Positions 9,732 through 20,564 are shown, numbered from the stretch's first letter. The stretch is DNA of 64,000 bases from Paucihalobacter sp. (GCF_036825875.1 NZ_DAISXK010000011.1:3537-67536), one strand, 5' to 3'. A program made the numbers and translations. The notes: a model not told the origin generated them from the sequence alone.

Positions 9732-12539
9732 CTATTCTTTATCTATTAATTCGTATCCTTGATTAACACCCTTTTCAATAGCAGGCACGCCACTTTCCAT
9801 CCAAACAGGTTTAGGAGCAGCTTTTAAATAATGGTCGAAAAATTGCGCCATTCTGATATTAAAGTCTTTGCGATTCTGCATTTTTAAAGGCCAATGTGGT
9901 TCGCCATTGTAGTTAAGCATCCAGGAAGGTTTACCCAAACGACGCAAACTTGTGAAAAACTCAATGCCTTGGTACCATGGTACATGTCCATCGGCATCGT
10001 TATGCATGATGAGCAAAGGTGTGTTAATTTTATCGATATTGAAAATGGGTGAATTCTCCACATAACGCTGTGGATAATCCCAAGGCGTACCTCCTATTCT
10101 ACTTTGGGTATGTTCGTATTGAAACTGCCTACTCAGGCCTGTTTGCCATCTGATACCGCCGTAGGCACTTATCATGTTAGCAACCGGCGCACCTGATTCG
10201 GCTGCTTTAAAAATGTCAGTTTTGGTGACCATGTATGCAATTTGATAACCACCCCAACTATGGCCTTGGGTGCCAATATTGTCTTTATCAACAAAACCTT
10301 TTTCTATCAAAGAAGTGATACCAGGCATCACGCAACTAAAAGCACTTTCGCCTGGGTAACCGATGCGGTAATGAATATCAGGATTGAAAATAAGATAACC
10401 ACGGCTGGCATAAAAACTGTAATTGATAGACGAACGCTCAGCTCTGGGAATACGATGGTTGTGCAATCCGTCGGAACTCCTTTCATAAAAATTAACAAGT
10501 AAAGGGTATTTTTTATTAGGGTCGAAGTTTTCTGGTTTGATAAGCATCCCGGTTAACGGAATTCCATCTAAAGATGTCCATTCCACCAATTCCGCAGTGC
10601 CCCAATTGTAATTAGCTTGTTGCGGATTGGCATTACTAATTACCGTTGATTTTTTAAAACTTAAATCAGATAATCGAATGTTAGGAAACTCCTGAAACGA
10701 CTGACGACTAAAAATAACAGCCCCGCTTTCTCTGGCCTTTTGAGGATTTGAATAGCGGTAAGGTCCGTCTAAAAGCTGCTTACCGTTTTTGTTTTTATAA
10801 TTGAATTCATAGTAACCTGAATTTTTAGTAGTTTCATTAAAAGTAGTTAACAACCATTTATCTGAAGTATCAATATAACGTTGCTCTGGATCTAAATTGA
10901 CATATCGATAGCTTGTTTTGCTAGGTCGGCCATCGGTTAATTTCGTCGCAACAGCAGTTTCAGGATGGAACTCCCATAGGTCATAACGATCGTATAAAAT
11001 TACGGAGGCATCATTTTTCGTCCAACCTGCAGAACCATACGAACGGGGTTCTACAGGAGAATCGTTCATCTCATCGAAAAAGGGTTTGCCTTTTGTGAGT
11101 TCGGTGTATTTACTTGTTTCTAAATTGTAGGTGTACCAAGTACTGTCAATAGGATGGTAACCGAAGGCATATTTACCGCTCGGACTCATCTGCACACTCC
11201 CATAAAATTGTTTCATGGCAGGTTTAACTTCACCCGTGTTTACATTGATAATAGCCACATCACTCGCTCTTTTGCCTGTCCATTGACTTTCCAACATATA
11301 TGGCTTACTATTGCTAATGAATGCGAAATTGCCGTTACCTTCGTTGGCTGTTCGGGCATCAGGATAAGCTTTTGAAGCTATTTGGATTAGCTTTTTAGTG
11401 TTTAGATGATAGACGGTTTCAAAAGACTTTTTCTGGTCATTTTCAATCTGCATTTCTTGCACCGTGTATAGACGAGGTTCATCATAGGTCCATACTTCAA
11501 CATTCACAATTTCTTCATCTAATAATGTAGTATCCTTCACTACGTGTGGCAAAGCCAATCCAAAATACAGCCTCGATTCATCTTTTGAAAAACTCAGACT
11601 ACCGTCGGAAGACACGCGATAGCCTTCAGGTGCCGAAGTATTATCCACCACCAATTCAGTTTGATTATTATTAGCATTCCAAGTGTATACCTGATTAGGC
11701 CTTAAAAAGGCTTTGGTAGTATCGGCATCTACCACAAATCCCAATTGCGAACCAGAATCACTAAAAATTAATTTAGCATATTTGGTTTTGGCATGCGATT
11801 CAAAAATTTGCTTTGTAATCTTATTGTCTAAATCTAATACAAACACTCCAGCGTTATGATCGTCTTCATCACCAGTTGTGGTATAAGCCAACTTTCTGCC
11901 CTCTTTAGCAAAACAGAAGTTAGTAACAAAATGAATGGTGTCTTCTACAGAATATTTTAAGTTTTTAATAACCAAGGAATAGCCTGTTTTGTCGCTAGCA
12001 ACTTTTGGTTTCTTCTTGGTTTTGGTGGTATCTTTTTGAGTTGAATCTTTAGATTTTTCAGTATTATCCGGCTTTTTCTTATCCTCCAACTGAAAAGTAT
12101 AAGCCACATATCCCGACCATTTTTCGGGGAGTTGATACGATTTTATATTTCCAATTTTATGAAGCGATTTGGTCTTTAAATTAAAAATCCCGATAGAATC
12201 TTTAGGCATTTTCTCCTTTTTAACCTTACGACGCTTCATTTCAATGATGCTATCTTTCCAAGGCTTGATGGTGAAAATGGCATAATTGCCATCATAGGTA
12301 AAGCTGCCGCGTTCTGAACGTTCGTGTTCAAACACCAAGTTGGCTTTGTTATCTTTAATTCTTGTATGCTGGTCTTTTTCACCCTTTTCTAAGGAATACA
12401 TTACAAAGTCACCTGCGGGTGAAATGGTTTCTCTTTGGATGGTATTCCAAATATCGTAGTCTGAATGATCTAATACTTTCTTTTGTGAAAAAAGGTTGAT
12501 ACTGAAACATAGAATCAAAAGATAAAGAACTGATTTCAT
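9732..12539 (-). CDS. S9 family (prolyl oligopeptidase-type) serine peptidase, secreted
   Basis: 935 aa with a signal peptide and a long beta-propeller-like N-terminal part. The C-terminal alpha/beta hydrolase domain has the nucleophile elbow GHSWGG and the later D/H motif (NDADGHVP). A Lys-rich low-complexity insert is present (KKKPDNTEKSKDSTQKDTTKTKKKPK). Confidence 0.88.
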   Translation of the reverse strand: MKSVLYLLILCFSINLFSQKKVLDHSDYDIWNTIQRETISPAGDFVMYSLEKGEKDQHTRIKDNKANLVFEHERSERGSFTYDGNYAIFTIKPWKDSIIEMKRRKVKKEKMPKDSIGIFNLKTKSLHKIGNIKSYQLPEKWSGYVAYTFQLEDKKKPDNTEKSKDSTQKDTTKTKKKPKVASDKTGYSLVIKNLKYSVEDTIHFVTNFCFAKEGRKLAYTTTGDEDDHNAGVFVLDLDNKITKQIFESHAKTKYAKLIFSDSGSQLGFVVDADTTKAFLRPNQVYTWNANNNQTELVVDNTSAPEGYRVSSDGSLSFSKDESRLYFGLALPHVVKDTTLLDEEIVNVEVWTYDEPRLYTVQEMQIENDQKKSFETVYHLNTKKLIQIASKAYPDARTANEGNGNFAFISNSKPYMLESQWTGKRASDVAIINVNTGEVKPAMKQFYGSVQMSPSGKYAFGYHPIDSTWYTYNLETSKYTELTKGKPFFDEMNDSPVEPRSYGSAGWTKNDASVILYDRYDLWEFHPETAVATKLTDGRPSKTSYRYVNLDPEQRYIDTSDKWLLTTFNETTKNSGYYEFNYKNKNGKQLLDGPYRYSNPQKARESGAVIFSRQSFQEFPNIRLSDLSFKKSTVISNANPQQANYNWGTAELVEWTSLDGIPLTGMLIKPENFDPNKKYPLLVNFYERSSDGLHNHRIPRAERSSINYSFYASRGYLIFNPDIHYRIGYPGESAFSCVMPGITSLIEKGFVDKDNIGTQGHSWGGYQIAYMVTKTDIFKAAESGAPVANMISAYGGIRWQTGLSRQFQYEHTQSRIGGTPWDYPQRYVENSPIFNIDKINTPLLIMHNDADGHVPWYQGIEFFTSLRRLGKPSWMLNYNGEPHWPLKMQNRKDFNIRMAQFFDHYLKAAPKPVWMESGVPAIEKGVNQGYELIDKE

Positions 12540-12572
12540 GTGTTGTGTTTTACTATTTTTAAACTAGCAATT

Positions 12573-12610
12573 TCTTCGTGCAACTCTGTGGTACAACTAC
12601 TACAGAAAGT
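12573..12610. repeat. degenerate copy of the CTTTGTGG/CCACAAAG-type hairpin repeat family
   Basis: The sequence ttcttcgtgcaactctgtggtacaactactacagaaag resembles the units at 14681-14906 and 61118-61208. Confidence 0.35.
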
Positions 12611-12639
12611 TTAGCTAAGAAACATAGGTTTTTTTAAAG

Positions 12640-14523
12640 TTATTTTGCAATAGGAATACGTATTTGCGATGGATACGTCTTTGAATGATGCACTTTATTG
12701 GTGGCAATTACACCCACCGATTCATCATAATTATTACCGCCTGTGTTAAGGTTTCTGGCAAAACGCGGAAAATTACTGCTAGATATTTCTATACGAATAC
12801 GATGTCCCTTTTTGAAGACATTACTAGTAGCCAATGGCGTGAGGTCTATTTTATAAACCTTACCTTCTTCCATAAATACTTCTTTGTCATAACCTTCACG
12901 GTAACGCACCCGCTGAATGGTTTCATCTAAATTATAGGCCGTGCCATCAGGAGCTACATCAATTAGTTTTAAGGTGAAATCCGTGTCCTTAACATCAGAA
13001 GACACATAAAGCGTGGCTTCAATAAAACCTGAAACCTCTGTATCCTCCGTTAAAATATCCGAAGAATACACCAAAATATCTTCACGTGTTTCCATATCAA
13101 TTTGATCGAAGGCGCCGCCTTTCACCGCATTGCCAGTACAACACACATTGCCACCGTAAGATGGGACAGGCGCCATTGGGTCGTAAATAAAACTATCTGG
13201 TTTATCGGCAGCTGGTTTTTTAGTTGTGAGTTTACCATCGCCAAAGTGGCTATTGGCTTTTCTGTTGCTATTTAAATAAAACGTGGTCATTTTAGTGTTT
13301 TCAGGTGGCCACGTATTGGAGGATTGCCAAACATTGGTTCCCATAGTGTAATATTGCACTCTAGGTGTTGTCTCTTTAAAATCGTTCGCTTCACCTTTGA
13401 GCCATAAATCGAACCATTTGGTAATTTGCTCGTTGTAATTTAATCTGGCATCTCCAACGCTACGTTCACCAACCATAGTATTTTCTGTAGCTCTGGTGTA
13501 ACCACAATGCAAGGTTGGCGCAATTACCAAGTACTGATTATCCCTTACAAAGGCATCTTTAGCCTTGTTGCGCACATGATTAAATAAACTGATGTTGGGA
13601 GTTATAGACACATCGTACCAAGATGCGAACCAAAAACTGGGTGTTGTAATTTCCATATTGTCATGGTAAAGTCCGCCTTCAAACCATTCGGGATCGTTAG
13701 GCTTTCTACGAATCATTTTATCGAATATTTCGCGCTTACCGTTTACATTTTTTAGAATATCTTGAATTGGTAAATGGCTTAAAGCCTCGGCCATATCTAC
13801 TGATGGATTTTTGGGACCTAAATCGTAAAATCGAGAAATGCGAATTAAATCTTCCTGTGTTGCACCCGCTGGAATACGCGGTTTGAATTTGTCGTGTTCT
13901 ACGCCATATAGCCATGCGAAAAACAACATCTGTTCTGCACCACCTCGATACCAATTGCCTTGTTCATTGATATTGCCAACCCTACCAACACCGGCACCAA
14001 AACCTTGCGGCACCATAGCGGCATGGGAAGGATGATCTAAAGCCGACACTGCCATGAGCCATTCAGCCGTAGAAGAACAACCAATAGTCCCTATTTTACC
14101 GTTAGACCACGGTTGATTTTTCATCCATTCAAAAGCATCGTAGCCATCGGTTAAAGGGACTCCGAGAATATCCCATTCACCTTCAGAAAAATACCGACCA
14201 CGTTCATTTTGAACCACATAAATATAGCCTTGTTTTATATAATCTAAAGCCCGTTGTGCTTCTCTTAATCTTTGTTTACCATCCACCCATGTATTAAAGT
14301 TGTAAGGTGTTCTTGAAAAGATAATAGGATACTGGCCATCGGCTTTTGGGCGATAGATATCGGTTGCTAATCTGATGCCATCGCGCATGGGCATCATCAC
14401 TTTTTCATCAACAATGGCAATGTCAGAAAGTTGCCCGAGAATATCCTCCTGAGAATGCGTGACAGTAACGGAAAATAGTAAACATGCCAGTGGCAAATAA
14501 AGTGATAGAAAGTGTTTTTTCAT
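12640..14523 (-). CDS. CocE/NonD family hydrolase (S15 Xaa-Pro dipeptidyl-peptidase-like), secreted
   Basis: 627 aa with a signal peptide. The N-terminal alpha/beta hydrolase domain carries [11 protein letters not shown] in the nucleophile region. The C-terminal jelly-roll domain has the [11 protein letters not shown] motif typical of the CocE/NonD C-terminal domain. Confidence 0.85.
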   Translation of the reverse strand: MKKHFLSLYLPLACLLFSVTVTHSQEDILGQLSDIAIVDEKVMMPMRDGIRLATDIYRPKADGQYPIIFSRTPYNFNTWVDGKQRLREAQRALDYIKQGYIYVVQNERGRYFSEGEWDILGVPLTDGYDAFEWMKNQPWSNGKIGTIGCSSTAEWLMAVSALDHPSHAAMVPQGFGAGVGRVGNINEQGNWYRGGAEQMLFFAWLYGVEHDKFKPRIPAGATQEDLIRISRFYDLGPKNPSVDMAEALSHLPIQDILKNVNGKREIFDKMIRRKPNDPEWFEGGLYHDNMEITTPSFWFASWYDVSITPNISLFNHVRNKAKDAFVRDNQYLVIAPTLHCGYTRATENTMVGERSVGDARLNYNEQITKWFDLWLKGEANDFKETTPRVQYYTMGTNVWQSSNTWPPENTKMTTFYLNSNRKANSHFGDGKLTTKKPAADKPDSFIYDPMAPVPSYGGNVCCTGNAVKGGAFDQIDMETREDILVYSSDILTEDTEVSGFIEATLYVSSDVKDTDFTLKLIDVAPDGTAYNLDETIQRVRYREGYDKEVFMEEGKVYKIDLTPLATSNVFKKGHRIRIEISSSNFPRFARNLNTGGNNYDESVGVIATNKVHHSKTYPSQIRIPIAK

Positions 14524-14680
14524 TTAAAATAGATTAGTTGGTTAATGCAATTTTTAAAGATATGAAAATGTATTAAGAGATATGAAACAGTAGGATTTTT
14601 TAACAATTAGTTATGTTGAATAATCTTTGTAATGATTAAATCAAGTTGCGCTAAAGAGCAAAACGATACAATACAACCTA

Positions 14681-14906
14681 GTGCGCTTTGTGAAAAAGTT
14701 TGAGCTTTGTGGTAAAAAAATTAACCACGAAGTGCGCAAAGAAGGCACGAAGCACGCAAAGTTTAGGCTGTTGACATTTATAAAACTTTTGTGCCCTTTG
14801 TGTAAAATCTTTGTGGTCTTTGTGGTGAAAAATAAACCACAGAGTCACGGAGAACACTAAGAAAAAACTTTGCGTGGTTTGTGGTAAAAAAATAACCAAG
14901 AAGAAG
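14681..14906. repeat. cluster of three hairpin repeat units built from CTTTGTG / CACGAAG / CGCAAAG short motifs
   Basis: Three hairpins are visible: ctttgtggt-aaaaaaatta-accacgaag, ctttgtggt-gaaaaataa-accacagag, and tttgtggt-aaaaaaata-accaagaag. Each is flanked by further ctttgtg (left) and cacgaag/cgcaaag (right) motifs. The ORF-track ORFs at 14678..14899 and 14778..14966 are artefacts of this repeat. Confidence 0.8.
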
Positions 14907-15000
14907 TATGCTACATATCTTAAATACTTTAAAAAATAACTTGATAAAAAAAGCCAACAACATCAAGTTATTGGCTTAAATGAATAATATATGAAGTAAG

Positions 15001-16053
15001 TTAATTTTTTAAACTCGCCATATCAATTACAAAACGGTATTTAACATCTGCTTTGATAACGCGTTCGTAAGCTTGGTTAATGTCTTGCATATTGATCATT
15101 TCAATATCTGAAGTGATATTGTGTTCTCCACAAAAATCTAACATTTCCTGAGTTTCTTTGATGCCGCCAATAAGCGAACCAGCAATGCGCTTTCTGCCTA
15201 AGATGATACCTCCGCCGTGAAATGGTTTTAATGGCTCTACCGCGCCTACCATCACCATAGTTGCATCGCGTTTCAGCATGGCGATATAAGGATCCATTTC
15301 GTGAGCCACAGGGACGGTGTTTAGTATAAAATCGAAACTGTTAAGGTGTTTTTGAACCTCCGCTTCATTGGTTGAAATCAAAACATCATGTGCACCTAAA
15401 GCTTTCGCATCAGCAGCTTTTGAGGGGCTTGTAGTAATCATCACCACATGTGCGCCTAAAGCGTTTGCGAACTTAACGCCCATGTGACCCAAGCCACCCA
15501 AACCAACAATACCAACCTTGTCCCCTTTTTTAACATTCCAGTGTTTTAAAGGCGACCAAGTAGTGATACCGGCACACAGTAATGGCGCCGTGCCTTTTGG
15601 GTCAATGTTTTCTGGTATTTTTAAAACAAATGATTCGTCAACAACAATAGACGTGGAATATCCACCATAAGTTGTGCCGTTTAAATGTTTATCGGGACTA
15701 TTGTAAGTGCCGGTCCAGCCGTTTTCACAGTATTGCTCTAAACCGTCGTTGCATGAATGACATGTTCTGCACGAATCCACTAAACAACCAACGCCCACTA
15801 AGTCGCCAGTTTTATAGTTTTTCACTTCGTTTCCAACATTAACCACGCGACCAATAATTTCATGGCCTGGCACTACTGGATACACGGAATTTTTCCAGTC
15901 GTTTCTAGCGGTATGAATGTCGCTGTGGCAAACACCACAATATAAAATTTCGATGTGCACATCTTTGGCGCCAGCTACTCTGCGCTCAATTTGTAATAGC
16001 TCTAAATCGGCTGTTGCAGCTTTAGTGCCGAATGCTTTTATTTTGGTTGTCAT
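15001..16053 (-). CDS. NAD(P)-dependent zinc alcohol dehydrogenase (cinnamyl-alcohol dehydrogenase family)
   Basis: 350 aa. Catalytic zinc motifs CGVCHSD and GHEIIGRV, a structural-zinc Cys cluster (CRTCHSCNDGLEQYC), and the Rossmann motif GLGGLGH. Confidence 0.9.
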   Translation of the reverse strand: MTTKIKAFGTKAATADLELLQIERRVAGAKDVHIEILYCGVCHSDIHTARNDWKNSVYPVVPGHEIIGRVVNVGNEVKNYKTGDLVGVGCLVDSCRTCHSCNDGLEQYCENGWTGTYNSPDKHLNGTTYGGYSTSIVVDESFVLKIPENIDPKGTAPLLCAGITTWSPLKHWNVKKGDKVGIVGLGGLGHMGVKFANALGAHVVMITTSPSKAADAKALGAHDVLISTNEAEVQKHLNSFDFILNTVPVAHEMDPYIAMLKRDATMVMVGAVEPLKPFHGGGIILGRKRIAGSLIGGIKETQEMLDFCGEHNITSDIEMINMQDINQAYERVIKADVKYRFVIDMASLKN

Positions 16054-16071
16054 ATATTTTTATTTAATTAT

Positions 16072-17190
16072 TTATATTTTTTCTTTAATTTTTTTGTCTA
16101 AAAACTGATAGTCAATATAACCCTTTTTTCCGGGAGTATAAAATGTATCTTCATTCCATTCAGCCAATGGTGCATTGGTTTTAAATCGTTCCACCAAATC
16201 AGGATTTGAAATATAGAGCTTACCAAAGGCGACCATATCAGCAAAGCCAGCTTCAATTATCGCGTTTCCCTTTTCTTGATCAAACTCGCTATTGATTATT
16301 AAGGTACCTTTATAAAGCGGACGAAAATGCTTTGCAATGTCAGTTACAGCATGAGGTACATCAGAAACATCGGTAAAAGGCTCCGATAAGTGTAAATAAG
16401 CGAGATTATAATTATTGAGTTGTTTTACAATATATTCGAAAGTTGGAATGGTTTCTTCATCTAAAGTCATTCCAAAGGCATTATGCAATGAAGGATTAAG
16501 CCTTAATCCGATACGTTCAACAGGGATTTCGTTTTTAACAGCCTCTAGCACTTCAAATAAAAACCGTGCTTTATTTTCAATACTTCCGCCGTATTGATCG
16601 GTGCGCTGATTAGAAGCATTGTTGAAAAATTGATGAAACAAATACCCATTGGAAGAATGGATTTCAACACCATCAAAACCCGCTTCTACTGCATTTTTAG
16701 CGGCTTTGGCAAAATCGGCTACAGTGGTTTGAATGTCTTCAATAGTCATGGCTTTAGGTGTTACCGTATCTTTAAAACCTGCTGGCGTGTAGGACTTGGA
16801 ATTAGGATTAATGGCTGAAGGCGCTAAAGGCAGTTCGCCATTATGGAAATCGGGATGCGACATTCTACCAACATTCCACAACTGAATGAATATTTTTCCA
16901 CCTTTATCATGTACTTTTTGAGTCACATGTTTCCAGCCTTCAACTTGCGCTTTAGAATGAATTCCAGGCGTATTGATATAACCAATAGCTTGTTTAGAAA
17001 CTTGAGAACCTTCAGTAATTATGAGACCAGCGGAGGCGCGTTGCTCATAATACACCCCGTGTAAGGCCTCTGTAGGTGCGCGTTCATCGTTATCGGCGCG
17101 ACTTCGTGTCATAGGCGCCATTACAATACGATTGTTAAGTTGAATGGTATTAGATAATATAATTGGCTCTAAAAGAGGTTGTTTTGACAT
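16072..17190 (-). CDS. alkene reductase / NADH:flavin oxidoreductase, Old Yellow Enzyme family (NemA-like)
   Basis: 372 aa with OYE motifs MAPMTRSRA, GFDGVEIHSSNGYLFHQF, RTDQYGGS and GKLYISNPDLVERF. Lies 18 nt upstream of the ADH gene on the same strand. Confidence 0.9.
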   Translation of the reverse strand: MSKQPLLEPIILSNTIQLNNRIVMAPMTRSRADNDERAPTEALHGVYYEQRASAGLIITEGSQVSKQAIGYINTPGIHSKAQVEGWKHVTQKVHDKGGKIFIQLWNVGRMSHPDFHNGELPLAPSAINPNSKSYTPAGFKDTVTPKAMTIEDIQTTVADFAKAAKNAVEAGFDGVEIHSSNGYLFHQFFNNASNQRTDQYGGSIENKARFLFEVLEAVKNEIPVERIGLRLNPSLHNAFGMTLDEETIPTFEYIVKQLNNYNLAYLHLSEPFTDVSDVPHAVTDIAKHFRPLYKGTLIINSEFDQEKGNAIIEAGFADMVAFGKLYISNPDLVERFKTNAPLAEWNEDTFYTPGKKGYIDYQFLDKKIKEKI

Positions 17191-17318
17191 AGCTGCTTTA
17201 TTTTTTTAATTAATCTGAAAGGTACGACAGCTAAAACTTAAAAGAAAATGAGTTAACGAGCTTATGTGTTAACATTTGTTAATCTTTTGAAAGATGCTAC
17301 TAAGAAAAATGAGACTAT

Positions 17319-18236
17319 TTACCTTCTAAACCGAGAAAATATAACCATAGTCCTCTTGGTATTGATAAAGTAAACGCCGGTTAGCAACACCGATGCTGCA
17401 ATAATCGATTGTAAGGTGATGGTTTCATTTAAAAAAAACCATCCTAAAAAAAGAGCAACGATTGGGTTTACATAGGTAGAAGTAGCCACCTTTTCTGGGG
17501 AAACAAACTTAAGCAGATAATTAAATGATGTAAAAGCTACGATACTTCCAAAAATAATTAGTAGTGCCATAGACCAATAAACCTCACTGCTCCACAATGT
17601 GATATTCAACCAAGGTTCATTAAAAGCAAGACTAGCAATGCACAGTATAAGACCACCTGAAATCATTTGATAGGCAGCTGTTACAAAATAGTTTTTTGGT
17701 AAATCGGCCTTACCAACAAACAAACTGCCATAGCCCCAACTTACCATACAGGCAAAAATCATAATCATTCCAAGTATTGAATTCTCTTGACTCAAAATAG
17801 CTTTTTGGCTTACCAATAAATAAATACCAATTACACCGAGAATCACCCCTATAATGGAACTAGATTTGATTTTTTTACCTTGAATGAAAAACATAAGAAT
17901 TAATACCACCAATGGCTGAGCCGAAATCTCTAAAGCAGCAAAACCGCTATCCACGTATTTCAAAGCCCACACAATGATACCATTCCCAAAAGCCAAAAAT
18001 AGGAAACCACTAATGACACAATTGCGCAATTGTGTCTTTGTTATTCTGAGTGAAATTCCTAAAACTCTGCACAATAAAAAAATGATGACTCCCGCGATGG
18101 TAAAGCGAACTGATGCAAGAAAGAAAGGTGACAACTCTTTAACAGCTATTTTATTAAGCAAATAAGTAGAGCCCCAAATAAAGTAGATAGAGAAAAATGC
18201 GCCTATAACTAATAACTTGTTTGGTGGTTGGCTCAT
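17319..18236 (-). CDS. EamA/DMT family transporter
   Basis: 305 aa with about 10 predicted TM helices in two EamA-like halves. Confidence 0.8.
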   Translation of the reverse strand: MSQPPNKLLVIGAFFSIYFIWGSTYLLNKIAVKELSPFFLASVRFTIAGVIIFLLCRVLGISLRITKTQLRNCVISGFLFLAFGNGIIVWALKYVDSGFAALEISAQPLVVLILMFFIQGKKIKSSSIIGVILGVIGIYLLVSQKAILSQENSILGMIMIFACMVSWGYGSLFVGKADLPKNYFVTAAYQMISGGLILCIASLAFNEPWLNITLWSSEVYWSMALLIIFGSIVAFTSFNYLLKFVSPEKVATSTYVNPIVALFLGWFFLNETITLQSIIAASVLLTGVYFINTKRTMVIFSRFRR

Positions 18237-18391
18237 AAGTTTAAAATAACGTGCAATATTAGGAGTATTAATTGGATTTACATATGAAGACGCTCTTAAA
18301 TATGAGTTGGTCTGAAGGTCTTTTTGAAATATTTAACATTAAAACACCGACATTAGAATTAACTTTAAAACTTAATTAAAACCAACTTTCA

Positions 18392-19948
18392 ATGAGAACA
18401 ACATTTAAAACATTTATCTTAATCTTTTTAGTCTTTAATTCTATAGCATTTTCTCAAGATAAAGATGCAATTATTCAAAACATTATGGACGAAACCTACA
18501 ACAACTCGCAGCTAGAACAACTCGCTTTTGAGTTAATGGACGAAATTGGTCCACGATTGGTAGGTTCACCACAAATGAAACAGGCTCATGATTGGGCCGT
18601 TGCTAAATTTAACAGTTGGGATATCAAAGCTGAAAACGAACAATACGGCGAATGGCACGCTTGGGAACGTGGCATTACACATATTGATATGGTATCACCT
18701 CGTGTGAAATCTATTGAAGGCATGCAACTTGCATGGAGTGCCGCGACACCTAAAAAAGGGATTACGGTCGAAGCGATTACCTTGCCTGAAAATATTACAG
18801 ATTCTCTGAGTTTTGTGAGATGGCTACCCAATGTAAAAGGAAAATTAGTTCTCACCTCTATGCCACAGCCCACAGGCAGACCCGATTATAATTGGGAGGA
18901 ATTTGCCACACCCGAATCCTTTGAAAAGATGAAGAAAGATCGAGAAGAACAAACAGCCACGTGGAATGACAATATAAATAACACTGGTTACAGTAGTCGT
19001 ACTTTAGATGTGGCACTGGAAGAAGCAGGCGCAGCAGGAATAGTGCAATCTTACTGGTCTAGAGCTTTTGGTGCCAATAAAATATTTAGCTCGCGCACAA
19101 AAAATATTCCAACGGTTGATATATCCTTAGAAGATTATGGCAGCATTTACCGTTTAGCCCAAAAGGGAAAAAAACCAATGTTGCGCATTTATACTGAATC
19201 CAAAGATTTAGGTACTGCTCCTACTTTTAATACTATTGCACGAATAGAAGGCACAGAAAAGTCAGAGGAATATATCATATTATCGGCGCATTTTGATTCT
19301 TGGGATGGCGGTACTGGCGCCACAGATAATGGTACAGGAAGTATTACCATGATGGAAATTGCCAGAATTTTAAAGAAATATTATCCCAACCCAAAACGCA
19401 CTATTATAGTTGGCCTTTGGGGTAGCGAAGAACAAGGCTTGAACGGTTCGCGCTCTTTTGTGCACGACCATCCCGAGATTGTCGATAATGTACAAGCTGT
19501 TTTTAACCAAGATAATGGAACTGGACGCGTGGTGAGTTTAAGTGGTCAAGGATTTTTACATTCTTACGATTATTTAAACAGATGGATGCAACCAGTTCCT
19601 GAGGATATTAAAAAACATGTTGAAACTAACTTTCCTGGAAGTCCTGCTGGTGGTGGTTCTGATTATGCCTCTTTTTTAGCAGCTGGCGCACCAGCTTTTA
19701 GTATGAGCTCTCTAAGCTGGTCTTATTGGAATTACACATGGCATACCAATTTAGATACTTACGACAAAATTGTATTTGATGATTTAAAGAACAATGTAGC
19801 CTTAATTGCTATTATGACTTATATGGCTTCTGAAGATGAAGAGCGTACTTCGAGAGAGCGAGCCGTATTGCCAATTAACCGACGTACCAATGAACAAATG
19901 GAATGGCCAAAGCCTCGCGACGGAAATCGCAAGGGTGGCCTAGATTAA
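18392..19948 (+). CDS. M28 family metallopeptidase, secreted
   Basis: 518 aa with a signal peptide. M28 zinc-ligand motifs SAHFDSWDGGTGATDNGTG and WGSEEQGLNGS are present. Confidence 0.88.
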   Translation: MRTTFKTFILIFLVFNSIAFSQDKDAIIQNIMDETYNNSQLEQLAFELMDEIGPRLVGSPQMKQAHDWAVAKFNSWDIKAENEQYGEWHAWERGITHIDMVSPRVKSIEGMQLAWSAATPKKGITVEAITLPENITDSLSFVRWLPNVKGKLVLTSMPQPTGRPDYNWEEFATPESFEKMKKDREEQTATWNDNINNTGYSSRTLDVALEEAGAAGIVQSYWSRAFGANKIFSSRTKNIPTVDISLEDYGSIYRLAQKGKKPMLRIYTESKDLGTAPTFNTIARIEGTEKSEEYIILSAHFDSWDGGTGATDNGTGSITMMEIARILKKYYPNPKRTIIVGLWGSEEQGLNGSRSFVHDHPEIVDNVQAVFNQDNGTGRVVSLSGQGFLHSYDYLNRWMQPVPEDIKKHVETNFPGSPAGGGSDYASFLAAGAPAFSMSSLSWSYWNYTWHTNLDTYDKIVFDDLKNNVALIAIMTYMASEDEERTSRERAVLPINRRTNEQMEWPKPRDGNRKGGLD

Positions 19949-19962
19949 TAAGTTTATAAGGT

Positions 19963-20421
19963 TTATATTTTTTTTACCCGAACGGCATTCATGCCTTTCA
20001 TACCTTTTTCAAGCTCATAGGATACTTTGTCGTTTTCGGCAATAGAATCTAAATGACCGCTAACGTGGGTGAAGTATTTCTCTTGGTTGACGTTGTCAAT
20101 TATAAATCCAAAACCTTTTGAACCATCAAAGAAAGATACTTTACCTTCACGAACGGGGTTTAACGCTTCTTTGTCTTCGGCCGTTTGCTTCGGGATACCA
20201 ATTTCAATACTTTCGGCATCCACCTTTACCTTCATAGTTGGGTCTGGCGGTGTATCGGTTAAATTTCCATTGTAATCTACATAAGCAATAGGAATACCTC
20301 CTGTGCCATGCTCATCTTTGTTTGATTTACGCGCTTCCATTTTTTTGCGCTTGTCTTCGCGCTTTTTTAAACGCTTTTTTTCTTTTTCAGATTTGTTAAA
20401 AGTTTGCTGTGATTTAGCCAT
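19963..20421 (-). CDS. cold-shock domain protein with basic N-terminal extension
   Basis: 152 aa. The C-terminal CSD has the RNP1-like motif GKVSFFDGSKGFGFI. The N-terminal 40 aa are Lys/Arg/Glu-rich (KSEKEKKRLKKREDKRKKMEARK). Confidence 0.85.
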   Translation of the reverse strand: MAKSQQTFNKSEKEKKRLKKREDKRKKMEARKSNKDEHGTGGIPIAYVDYNGNLTDTPPDPTMKVKVDAESIEIGIPKQTAEDKEALNPVREGKVSFFDGSKGFGFIIDNVNQEKYFTHVSGHLDSIAENDKVSYELEKGMKGMNAVRVKKI

Positions 20422-20556
20422 TCAATAAAACATATATTTAATTAAAGCAGTTAAAGGGAATTCTTAAACTTAAAGGAGAGATAAAATACTGAAGGCAACT
20501 TAGATTTTAATTCCGATGAATATAATGAAACACGATAGTGCCCTTAACTACCGTTG

Positions 20557-20564
20557 CAAAGATA
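20557..20564 (-). promoter_or_regulatory. candidate -7 box (TAnnTTTG) for the cold-shock-domain gene, implying a 5' UTR of about 125 nt
   Basis: The minus strand reads TATCTTTG, 136 nt upstream of the ATG at 20421. A long leader is typical of csp genes. Confidence 0.3.

Noticed and set aside
14681-14906. CRISPR array interpretation of the periodic repeats here and of the heptamer arrays at 40770-41006
   Set aside because: The units are self-complementary hairpins or 7-nt iterations without unique spacers of regular 25-40 nt length. No cas genes are present in the window.
14678-14966. ORF-track ORFs 14678..14899 (73 aa) and 14778..14966 (62 aa)
   Set aside because: They lie entirely within the CTTTGTG/CACGAAG hairpin repeat cluster. 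Their peptide sequences (HHKDHKDFTQRAQKF...) are translations of the repeat, and the two ORFs overlap each other in different frames.
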